DNA of 64,000 bases from Candidatus Adlerbacteria bacterium GW2011_GWA1_54_10. Lineage in GTDB: Bacteria > Patescibacteriota > Minisyncoccia > Phycocordibacterales > SBAW01. Below the pieces are notes generated by a model that worked only from the letters and a program-made list of their open reading frames with translations, made no database searches and was not told where the DNA came from. The stretch spans positions 63,984-127,983 of the forward strand of contig LCRO01000003.1 in NCBI GenBank assembly GCA_001004665.1, written 5' to 3'. A program made the translations under genes and the position numbers. Below, one piece after another: positions 20,394 through 27,874 of this stretch. Position 1 is the first letter of the stretch. Every line of letters begins with the position of its first letter.

Positions 20394-20442
20394 GAACTGT
20401 GGATAACTTTCGATTCGCGATGTTTAGTCTTGCGATTGCCCT

Positions 20443-21004
20443 CTAGCGGGAGTTGAGGAGGTCGATCTGCTTTTGGATTTGGCCGGCGAGATCGGGGTTG
20501 CCAGCGGAAGTGGCGGCTAGTTTTGCCTTGCCGTACCACTCTACGGCCTGCGTCTTATCGCCCTTTTCCACATAGTAACCCGCGAGCGCGGTCATAAGGT
20601 CGATGCGGCCGTTGTCCGAAACTTTTTCTATACCCTCCTTCAGCACATCCGCCGCCAAAGTGCCGTCCTGCTTGTAGGAATATTTGTAGAGCTCGTGGAG
20701 TCCGGAGTAGTTCAGTGCGAATCCCGGATTCGCTTCTATCGCCTTGCGGTAATAGTTTTCCGATTGCGCATACTGCTTGAGATCGAGATGATAGGTACTG
20801 CCAAGGTTGTAATACGCCACCGGATGGCACGTTTTGCGTGAGTATCTGGCGCGCCTCTTGCGGAAAATCCGCAGGGAAATTCAGCTCCCTGTCGAGCGAC
20901 GGAGCCTTGGCCGGCCCGACGCGGAGCAACCCGCCAAACCACAAGCCCGCGGAGAATAAAACTATAACAGCGACACCGATACCAACCTTAAGTTGCGTAC
21001 TCAT
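20443..21004 (-). CDS. Membrane-anchored TPR-repeat protein, split by a frameshift near 20830-20850
   Basis: ORF 20555-21004 gives TM anchor + linker, then runs out of frame; ORF 20443-20820 (other frame) gives TPR-like repeats (AYYNLGSTYHLDLKQYAQSENYYRKAIEANP...). Confidence 0.5.
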
Positions 21005-21031
21005 GCCGAACAGTATATCGGAAGCGCCGAT

Positions 21032-22141
21032 TTATTGCATCCCGTTTACTATTGTGCGGGTCTTGGGGCCGAAGTAGCCGGCCGCCGGAGAGATATTATT
21101 AGTCTTTTGGAATTTGACGAGCGCGGCGCGAGTCAAGCCGCCGAATCTGCTTGTCTCGTTGCCGGACGAACCAGGGCCGCTCGCCGCCACCTCGTAGCCG
21201 TGAGTATTCAGGAACACCTGCAGGGCCTTGACGTCGTCGCCTGTCATTCCGATTTCCAGATCGCGAGTGAACGCTCCAAATACTACCGTCGCGCTGGGAG
21301 TGGTGGACGGTGCCGCGCTCGCGGCAGGGACCAAAACGTCGCCGTTAAGCGCCGCGCGCGTCTTGGGGCCAACGTAGCCGGTCTGCGATATGCCCATGCT
21401 CTTTTGATACGCCCGAACCGCCACGCGCGTGAGTCCGCCGAAATATCCCTTGGCAATGCCGGACGGTATCGTCAGAAATCCTTTATTCTCAAGAAATGTT
21501 TGCAGAGCCACAACGGCATCATTTTCCGCTCCGATTCCGAAATCCTCCGAAAACGCTATCCCCGCGGTTGCCGGTGCAGAAGTTTGCGTCGAAGTTTGCG
21601 TGCCTGTTTGCGTCGTCGCCGAGGTGGAAGGGGTTGTCTGCGTAGTGCTGGTGGTCGTGGTCGTAGTGCTTGTCGTAGTTTGCGTGGTTGCAATCGGACC
21701 GCCCCCGCCGCCGCCTCCACCGCCGCTGCTGCTACTGCTGCTGCCTCCGCCGCTTGGACCGGCGCTCGGACACGCGGTGGTATTTGGAGTTACGGTAACG
21801 GTTGTTGTGCCATCTACAGAAGAAATCGATGTGAGCGAGGTCCCTCCGCTCTCGCATGTCGTAGCGGCCGAGTAGCCGGAAGTGGTTGCCGTAGAAACGC
21901 CGGTCAGATATCCGTTTGCGCTCCGCGCATCAAACGAGGATGACGGCGCGACCGCGACGTTGAAACTGTTTGTATCAACTAGAAGAGACTCGACGGAAGA
22001 TGAGGCGACGGACGTGAACGAAACGCTGTTCGACGATATCGTAACGTCCGCGCCTATTGTCACGTCGTTATACGTCGCGAGCGCAACCGCCGGCAGAAGA
22101 AGCGCAATGGCTCCCAAGAGTATTCCCAGTATTTTTTTCAT
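21032..22141 (-). CDS. Secreted protein: signal peptide, Ser/Thr/Gly-rich region, two C-terminal peptidoglycan-binding (PG_binding_1-like) repeats
   Basis: MKKILGILLGAIALLLPAVALA signal; poly-Gly/Thr tract; two copies of DVKALQVFLN..GY.....GYFGPKTR.AL..FQ. Confidence 0.7.
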   Translation of the reverse strand: MKKILGILLGAIALLLPAVALATYNDVTIGADVTISSNSVSFTSVASSSVESLLVDTNSFNVAVAPSSSFDARSANGYLTGVSTATTSGYSAATTCESGGTSLTSISSVDGTTTVTVTPNTTACPSAGPSGGGSSSSSSGGGGGGGGGPIATTQTTTSTTTTTTSTTQTTPSTSATTQTGTQTSTQTSAPATAGIAFSEDFGIGAENDAVVALQTFLENKGFLTIPSGIAKGYFGGLTRVAVRAYQKSMGISQTGYVGPKTRAALNGDVLVPAASAAPSTTPSATVVFGAFTRDLEIGMTGDDVKALQVFLNTHGYEVAASGPGSSGNETSRFGGLTRAALVKFQKTNNISPAAGYFGPKTRTIVNGMQ

Positions 22142-22181
22142 ACGGTTGCCATAGTGAGCTTATAAATTAAGGACAAGCTCA

Positions 22182-22904
22182 CTATTTGCAGTCCCCAGCT
22201 TCTATGCGGAGAGTTGTGCCGTTGACGTATATTCTGGTAACTATTCCGGCGTCATTCTCAAGCTGGATACAGCCGCCCTTGGTATCGTGAGAAGACGTTA
22301 TCCAGAGCGTCGTCGTGCCGGGGCCGTCCACGATTGCCTCGGCGTGCGAGTACTGCGGCGTCGTCGAACCTACCGTAAGAAGACTCGCGACAGTTGTAGT
22401 GGCAAGCGTAGACGTTGCGGACGAGACCGAAAGTGTGGAGGTAAGTGCAACTGCCCCGTCAAAGTATGCCGCGCCGTCAACTTCCATAGCGCCCTCGACA
22501 CCGAGTTCGTCGGCGCCAACCGCGCCGATGTTGCCGAAGGTCGTGCCAGTGCCGACGCGCACCTGCGTAAAGTAGCCGGTTGCGGTAATTGAATCTGTAA
22601 CCTCATCGCCCAAAGTCGAGTTGCCGTTAACGGTAAGAGCCCCCTCCGTGGCAATAGCGCCGGTTGCGGCTGTTGTCGTTGCAAAGCCGTTGACCATGAA
22701 GTTGCCTGTCATAGAGGCGATGGTCGAAGAAGCGGTTGTTAGCGACGAGTGGCCTGAAACCGTGAGTGTGCCTGCGGTGTCTATATTAGCGTTAATGGTG
22801 GTTGCGGCGCCTACGATAGTGGCACCAAGAGCGACCGCGCCAAGGACCGAGAGTCCGACCAAAGCGGCGGAACGGGTCTTGCCGCGAATAAACGAGCTTT
22901 TCAT
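22182..22904 (-). CDS. Secreted Thr/Gly/Ala-rich hypothetical protein
   Basis: Start trimmed to MKSSFIRGKTRSAALVGLSVLGAVALGA (signal-like); low-complexity beta-rich body. Confidence 0.5.
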   Translation of the reverse strand: MKSSFIRGKTRSAALVGLSVLGAVALGATIVGAATTINANIDTAGTLTVSGHSSLTTASSTIASMTGNFMVNGFATTTAATGAIATEGALTVNGNSTLGDEVTDSITATGYFTQVRVGTGTTFGNIGAVGADELGVEGAMEVDGAAYFDGAVALTSTLSVSSATSTLATTTVASLLTVGSTTPQYSHAEAIVDGPGTTTLWITSSHDTKGGCIQLENDAGIVTRIYVNGTTLRIEAGDCK

Positions 22905-22992
22905 ATTGACATTAAAATAAAATAATAAGTGCACCAATTGAGCGCACAAAAAACGTCTTTCTATTATAGACCCAAAATAAAGGCATCCTGTG

Positions 22993-23006
22993 GAACTGTG
23001 GATAAC
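22993..23006. repeat. Third copy of the 14-nt gaactgtggataac motif (contains DnaA-box consensus TTATCCACA on minus strand)
   Basis: Identical 14-mer to 20394-20407; located ~89 nt upstream of the 22182-22904 gene start. Confidence 0.8.
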
Positions 23007-23008
23007 GC

Positions 23009-23039
23009 AAAAACCCCTCCGTCTTTCGGAGGGGTTTTT
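23009..23039. terminator. Bidirectional intrinsic terminator (aaaaacccctccg-tcttt-cggaggggttttt)
   Basis: 8-bp GC stem flanked by A5 and T5; 3' of the 23082-26633 gene. Confidence 0.7.
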
Positions 23040-23081
23040 GCTTGTGCGTTAGCCAGGAGTTCCTAGCCAGCTTGTGTTTGG

Positions 23082-26000
23082 TTACTTCGAGAGCGTCTGG
23101 CCCGAGAGACCGGCGGACGGAAGGCCGGATATGCCATAGCCGTTCGTCCAGTCAAGATTGTGAGCCGTGGACGTAGTTGTGGCGTTCGGCGACCAGATGA
23201 AGTCGTCATTCCCGCCGCCGTTGCCGTCCACCGTAGCGGCCTTGGCTGTAAGCGGACCGCCTAGATGCGGATATGCCGCATCGCCGACGAGTTTCGTCGT
23301 AAGCGAGCCACTGAATGTGCCTGTGCCGGCAGTAAGTGCAACATCGAGCACTACCTTGAAGTAGTACGTCGAGCCCGCCGGGACCTGCAGGACCGACGAG
23401 AGAACCGCGCTGTTATCGCCCGCGATTATCTGGCCGTCGGTGCCGTCGAAGACGAGACCGTCGGTGTAGCCCGATACCGCCTGGCTCATCGCCGAGTCGG
23501 TGTAGGCGTAGATGTCGAGGTTCTCTACCGACGTAGTGCCGGTAACTGCGCTGTTGGCGCTGGTAGCCACATTAACGGTGAACTTGTAGAGCCCGATACC
23601 GTTCGGATTGCCAGTGTTGCTTGCAGTGACGCTGAAGCAGTGTACCGCTTGGGCCGTGCCGGTTATGAGCGTGCCAAGGCTAGAACACGCGCCACTGCTG
23701 TACTGAGCGACGGTCGGAACATCGCGGAATATGCGGATGCCCGCGCCGTCGGTGTCAGTGGCCGACCCTTGGTTTATGGTCGTGCCCGACGCCTGGCCGA
23801 TAGAGCGAGTGCCGGTCGTGTCATTGCCGTCGTACTCGACCTCAAGCAGGAGGCCGTTGGTCGTGGTTGCCTGTCCGGTGCCGATGCCCGCAAGATCGCC
23901 TTTGACTGTGATGACCTTGTAGCCGTTGGCCGGAATGGTAACCGTGCCACAACCGGTGCAGGTGCCTATCGTCGAGGTCGCGTAGCGGCTGGTGAAGATC
24001 GCTTCGCCCACCTTTGTTGCGCCGTCCCACAGCGTTACTTTGTTGATGTTGGACGGAGTCGATGTCGAGGCGCCGTTAGCCATCTCGAGGGCCACGCGGT
24101 CGAGTTTCTGGTCCTCGTTGGTGCCGTCGAAACGGATTATGTTGAGCAATGAGTTGCTCACGCCCGCGACAGCTATTGTGTAGGACGGAGCCGATGCGTC
24201 GCGGCTGACCGTGAGCGCGCCGGAACCCGCTATCGTCATCGTGTTGCCTCCGGTCGTGATGGAAGCGGCGATAGAACTGCCGGAGCCAATGCCCGTGCCC
24301 GAGATCGTGTCGCCGTCGGTAACGCCCCATGCGAACGTGTCGGAGGCCGTAGCGCTGCCCGGAATATCACATTTGATGGCGACCGTCTTGGTTGTGCCTT
24401 TTGGCACCACAAGCGCGGTATCGAATGTGAAGGTATGCGCCGCCGTAGAGGACGGGTTGACCGAAGTGTCATTGAGCCGCTGTGAGCCGTCGTAGGCCAC
24501 GCAGTTGCTGACGTCGGTTGTCATACCGTCTGTATAGCGGAACTGCGCGCTGTTGAAGCGCACATCCTCGCCGGACTGACCGGCGTCGAAGATTATGTTC
24601 GCCGCGGTGAAGCCGATTACGCCCGCGACCACGTTTTGCGCGGCCGGAGTGCCGGATACCGATGCCGTCACGCTGCCGGTCTTGACCGTCATCGTGTTCA
24701 TCGAGAAGTTCCCCTGCGTAATGCTGATGGTGTTGCCGGTGATGGCCCCCGTGCGGCCCGACCAGCCGGACGGCGTCGTCGAGGCGCTTACCGTTTGGTT
24801 GTTGGAGACCGTCGAAGGGAGCTTGCCCTTGAGCGAGAATACGTGCCTGCCGGTTGGGAAGGTCACCGAGTCGCTGAAGGTCGCGACTTGGAGTCCGCCC
24901 GAAGCAGAAGCGTCAACCGGGCCCGCAACTATTTTGCCGTTCTCATCGACGATGCTGATGCTCGTCAAGAGCTCGGAAGCGTTGCTGTCGGCGTTCGTTC
25001 CATAAGAGATGTTGAATATCATCTGCGTCATGGTAACGCCCTCGCCCTTGAAGTCTGTCACGAAACCGCCAAGAGGCTGGTTAGCGACCTGCACGGCGAT
25101 GTTCTGCGCCGGAACTTCAGCCGCTTTGCCGATGAGGTTCACCGTCGCGGCGTTGATGGTCGTTACATAGCCAGAAGTCCACGGGGTCGAGGTCGAGTGC
25201 GACATGCCGATGCCGAATCCATAGGTCTGTCCCACGAAGTAGATGTCGGTAGACTTGTCGATGTCGAAGTCGACTGTGCGGCTTGCGGAGTTCGCGCCGA
25301 CGATGTCGCCGCGGACGTGTATGTCTATCGTATTGCCCTTGGGGATCGAGATTCCGCCTGGGAATACGCTCGTGTAGTACTTGCCGGAGCTGTCAACGGT
25401 GGTCGGGTAGACCGTGCCGTCTATGAGCGTCTGAACGTTGGCCAAGTCGGAAGGACCGACCGTGCCTACCTGGCGCCACCTTAGGCTGTGGAGCTTGAGG
25501 TCCTCCGCCGAGCCTGCGGTGAAGCGCTGGCCGGTAAAGCGGACCGCCGTATCGCCGAGGTTTTTGGTCTGGGCCGCCGCCGGGTCGAAGGCGCTCGTGG
25601 TGGTCGAGATCGTGCCTATCGAGAGCGTTTCGTTGACGGTGTGGCTGGCTCCTGTGATTGGGAGAGAGCCGGATACCGCCGCCGAGGTGTTTACTGCCAC
25701 GACCGCGAGGCTTGCGACCTCGCCCGCGTGGCTGTTGGTGTCGGCTCGGTTGCCCGCGACCGTGAAGGTTTTGGACGTGCCCCTCGGGATAACAACCGTG
25801 TCGCCGATAGTGGCTTGATGGTTGCTGTTGAGAGTGCGCGCGATGCCGACTTGCGCCCCTGTCGAGGCGTCAAGCAATACAACACCGGCGAAAATCGCAT
25901 CATTTGCAGCGCCTTGGCGTTCCACCGTGATGCTGTTTATCGTCACGTCGCCGTCATTGCCCGCGGTGAGCGTGAAGTTGGTGAACGGAATGCGGTTCGC

Positions 26001-26633
26001 GTTGTCGGGAGCAAGGCCGTTCATAGGCTGGATTGCCGCCGAGACGGAAACGCCCGTGCCCGGAGTCGGAGTCGGTGTCGGTGTGGGGCTAGGGGTCGTG
26101 CCGCAGACCGCCGCGATAGCCGCGCGAGTGATAGGGCCAACGTAGCCTGCTACAGGCGCAACGTTATTTGCCGCCTGGAACTTCATGGCCGCCGCCTTCG
26201 TAATGGGCCCGAAGTAGATGCTTTCATTTCCAGGGGAACCAGCACCAGTAACGGCGAGCTGGGTCGAAGCACTTCCGTTAAGGAAGACCTGCAAGGCCTT
26301 CACATCGGCACCGCTCGAACCTTGCTGGAGGTCCCGAGAGAGCGCGGGGCATGCGCCGGCAGAGCCGCCGGTGCCCGGAGTCGCCTGGCCTTGGAGAGCC
26401 GCGGTGACGTTAGCTATCGTTGCCGAGTCCGCACCAAACGATGCGAGCAGGGAAACGATCGACTGGATCTGCGCCTGTGTGAGCGCCGCCGCTTGCGCGG
26501 GAGCGATAGCGACCGCGCCCATAAGCGCGAGCGCGACCGCGACGCCGGTCGCGAGCGCAACCAGTCTGGTCGAACTGTTGGTAATAGTCATAACCAATAA
26601 ATAAGTCGAACAAATTAACTTACTGGTAAACAA
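23082..26633 (-). CDS. Giant (~1170 aa) secreted/surface protein: signal/TM, PG_binding_1-like domain, Pro-Thr linker, long array of beta-rich repeat domains
   Basis: N-terminal hydrophobic segment; DVKALQVFLNGS...YFGPITKAAAMKFQ PG-binding motif; TPSPTPTPTPTPG linker; repetitive Thr/Ser/Gly-rich Ig-like segments. Likely start M at ~26591. Confidence 0.65.
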   Translation of the reverse strand: MFTSKLICSTYLLVMTITNSSTRLVALATGVAVALALMGAVAIAPAQAAALTQAQIQSIVSLLASFGADSATIANVTAALQGQATPGTGGSAGACPALSRDLQQGSSGADVKALQVFLNGSASTQLAVTGAGSPGNESIYFGPITKAAAMKFQAANNVAPVAGYVGPITRAAIAAVCGTTPSPTPTPTPTPGTGVSVSAAIQPMNGLAPDNANRIPFTNFTLTAGNDGDVTINSITVERQGAANDAIFAGVVLLDASTGAQVGIARTLNSNHQATIGDTVVIPRGTSKTFTVAGNRADTNSHAGEVASLAVVAVNTSAAVSGSLPITGASHTVNETLSIGTISTTTSAFDPAAAQTKNLGDTAVRFTGQRFTAGSAEDLKLHSLRWRQVGTVGPSDLANVQTLIDGTVYPTTVDSSGKYYTSVFPGGISIPKGNTIDIHVRGDIVGANSASRTVDFDIDKSTDIYFVGQTYGFGIGMSHSTSTPWTSGYVTTINAATVNLIGKAAEVPAQNIAVQVANQPLGGFVTDFKGEGVTMTQMIFNISYGTNADSNASELLTSISIVDENGKIVAGPVDASASGGLQVATFSDSVTFPTGRHVFSLKGKLPSTVSNNQTVSASTTPSGWSGRTGAITGNTISITQGNFSMNTMTVKTGSVTASVSGTPAAQNVVAGVIGFTAANIIFDAGQSGEDVRFNSAQFRYTDGMTTDVSNCVAYDGSQRLNDTSVNPSSTAAHTFTFDTALVVPKGTTKTVAIKCDIPGSATASDTFAWGVTDGDTISGTGIGSGSSIAASITTGGNTMTIAGSGALTVSRDASAPSYTIAVAGVSNSLLNIIRFDGTNEDQKLDRVALEMANGASTSTPSNINKVTLWDGATKVGEAIFTSRYATSTIGTCTGCGTVTIPANGYKVITVKGDLAGIGTGQATTTNGLLLEVEYDGNDTTGTRSIGQASGTTINQGSATDTDGAGIRIFRDVPTVAQYSSGACSSLGTLITGTAQAVHCFSVTASNTGNPNGIGLYKFTVNVATSANSAVTGTTSVENLDIYAYTDSAMSQAVSGYTDGLVFDGTDGQIIAGDNSAVLSSVLQVPAGSTYYFKVVLDVALTAGTGTFSGSLTTKLVGDAAYPHLGGPLTAKAATVDGNGGGNDDFIWSPNATTTSTAHNLDWTNGYGISGLPSAGLSGQTLSK

Positions 26634-27070
26634 TTGTTAATCGCACTTCGCACGGTACGGGAACGTAGAACATGTTCTACCTCAAACCAAGTACTAGCCC
26701 ACTATGGGATTAGCCATTGGTAAGTTTGGTAGCCAAGTAGATGACGGACATACAGCCATTGTCTTTCCATGAAGGGACAAGGAGTTTCAGGGTATGAAAT
26801 TTTCAATGACCAATCAAAACAGACTCTGCGACCGTGCAGGGGCTAGGGGTTATTATAAGCCCCGAAAGATGCCCGCAAAAAAGTCCTGTGGACAACCCTC
26901 CTTCGCCAAAGGCTACGGACGGGCAAGCAAAATAGCCCTATAAATTAGGGGCTCCTTTTGTTAGTTCCACATGAAATGAAGATATACCAAGAGGGGCGAT
27001 GGGTCAATTTGACAAAATATTTAAAAATGCTGAAGTATCATGCCGGCACCGGGCGTTGCCATTTTTGAGC

Positions 27071-27748
27071 CTATGCCGGCTCGTAATGGCTCCAACGGCG
27101 CTCCCCCACTCTTTTTACAAGACCCTGCTCTATAAGTATCCCAAGCTCGCGCTGGATCGTTTTTTCACTGCAGTCTTTTACAATTGACATGATGTCTTTA
27201 ATTGATGGACTTTTTTGTTTTTTTATAAAATCCAGTATTAAGGACATTCTGTCCTTTTGTCCTTTATATTGTCCTTTATGTCCTTTATGAAAAGGCTCGT
27301 CCTTTATAGTATCCGAGAGGGCCGGCAGTCGCTCGGGCTCCCCTGGCAGGGAGATGGCAAACTCCTCGGTTCCGAACGGCGAGGGATGGCTTCCCTCGAC
27401 CAGCTTCTCCGCCAATTGTTCATACTCGCGGCACAACACAGTGGCATTTTCCTGTGACAATGCTTCGTTTGTCGCCGCCAGTCGCGTGCCCGCAAGCAGA
27501 GCAAAAACGTCCGCGAGGGCCGCTTCGGCATCAAGCTCGCCCGCCGCAAGGCGCGCAACGGTACCGGGCAATTGCGCCGCAATATGGGCCAAATCCTCAA
27601 GGACATTGCCGGGGGACGTTCGCGCCAGAAGCATAAATACATGCGCGATGCGCTCTGATTTTAGGAAGCAAAAATACCAGTCGTGCCGTCCTTTAAAAAG
27701 GATTGATTTTAAGGCAAATTCATGAAATTTTTTATGTTTGTCCGGCAT
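27071..27748 (-). CDS. Hypothetical regulator with C-terminal winged-HTH and internal HKG/QYKG tandem repeat
   Basis: C-terminal SIKDIMSIVKDCSEKTIQRELGILIEQGLVKRVGERRW resembles DeoR/HTH_11-type wHTH; HKGHKGQYKGQKD encoded by tandem gtcctttat repeats. Confidence 0.45.
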   Translation of the reverse strand: MPDKHKKFHEFALKSILFKGRHDWYFCFLKSERIAHVFMLLARTSPGNVLEDLAHIAAQLPGTVARLAAGELDAEAALADVFALLAGTRLAATNEALSQENATVLCREYEQLAEKLVEGSHPSPFGTEEFAISLPGEPERLPALSDTIKDEPFHKGHKGQYKGQKDRMSLILDFIKKQKSPSIKDIMSIVKDCSEKTIQRELGILIEQGLVKRVGERRWSHYEPA

Positions 27749-27794
27749 GGATGTCTTTTATCTGTCCTTTAGAATGTCTTTTATATAAAAGACA

Positions 27795-27821
27795 CTTCAA
27801 GGACATTTTGTGTCCTTGAAG
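27795..27821. promoter_or_regulatory. Perfect 11-5-11 inverted repeat cttcaaggaca-ttttg-tgtccttgaag in the divergent promoter region (candidate operator)
   Basis: Lies 54-80 nt upstream of the ftsK start (27875) and 47-73 nt upstream of the 27071-27748 gene start (27748). Confidence 0.5.
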
Positions 27822-27874
27822 TATATACCTATAGGGAAAAGCTGCAAATATTTTTTGCGTGGTATTATTTTTTA

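Larger units (their letters stand above)
19596..20415 (-). mobile_element. IS200/IS605-like or REP/RAYT-like unit: Y1 transposase bracketed by palindromic hairpins and ~14-nt terminal inverted repeats
   Basis: Three copies of the 23-nt palindrome ttgcgaaggtc(a/t)gaccttcgcaa at 19621-19643, 20316-20338, 20371-20393. Inverted termini acttatccacag (19602-19613) / ctgtggataact (20397-20408). Confidence 0.6.

Noticed and set aside
21700-21740. Poly-G/C tract (ccgcccccgccgccgcctccaccgcc)
   Set aside because: Encodes the poly-Gly/Ser linker of the secreted PGBD protein; not a regulatory or slippage element per se, though it is a potential indel-prone site.
23167-26613. Long antisense ORFs (e.g. 23265-24152, 24636-25484, 25488-26600 on plus strand; Arg-rich translations)
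   Set aside because: They are the high-GC antisense frames of the 1170-aa surface-protein gene; Arg/Ala/Gly-rich low-complexity translations with no motifs.
19602-26890. Cluster of DnaA-box-like TTATCCACA motifs as a chromosomal origin (oriC)
   Set aside because: Only three exact copies spread over 3.4 kb, no dnaA/dnaN nearby, no AT-rich unwinding element. Two copies are explained as termini of the transposase unit. Reported as a recurring motif, not as oriC.
27250-27310. Short tandem repeats (gtcctttat x4-5) that could be mistaken for a CRISPR array or minisatellite
   Set aside because: Repeat units are only 8-12 nt with irregular spacing and lie inside a CDS where they encode an HKG peptide repeat; no spacer-repeat architecture and no cas genes. 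Treated instead as possible regulator-binding iterons.
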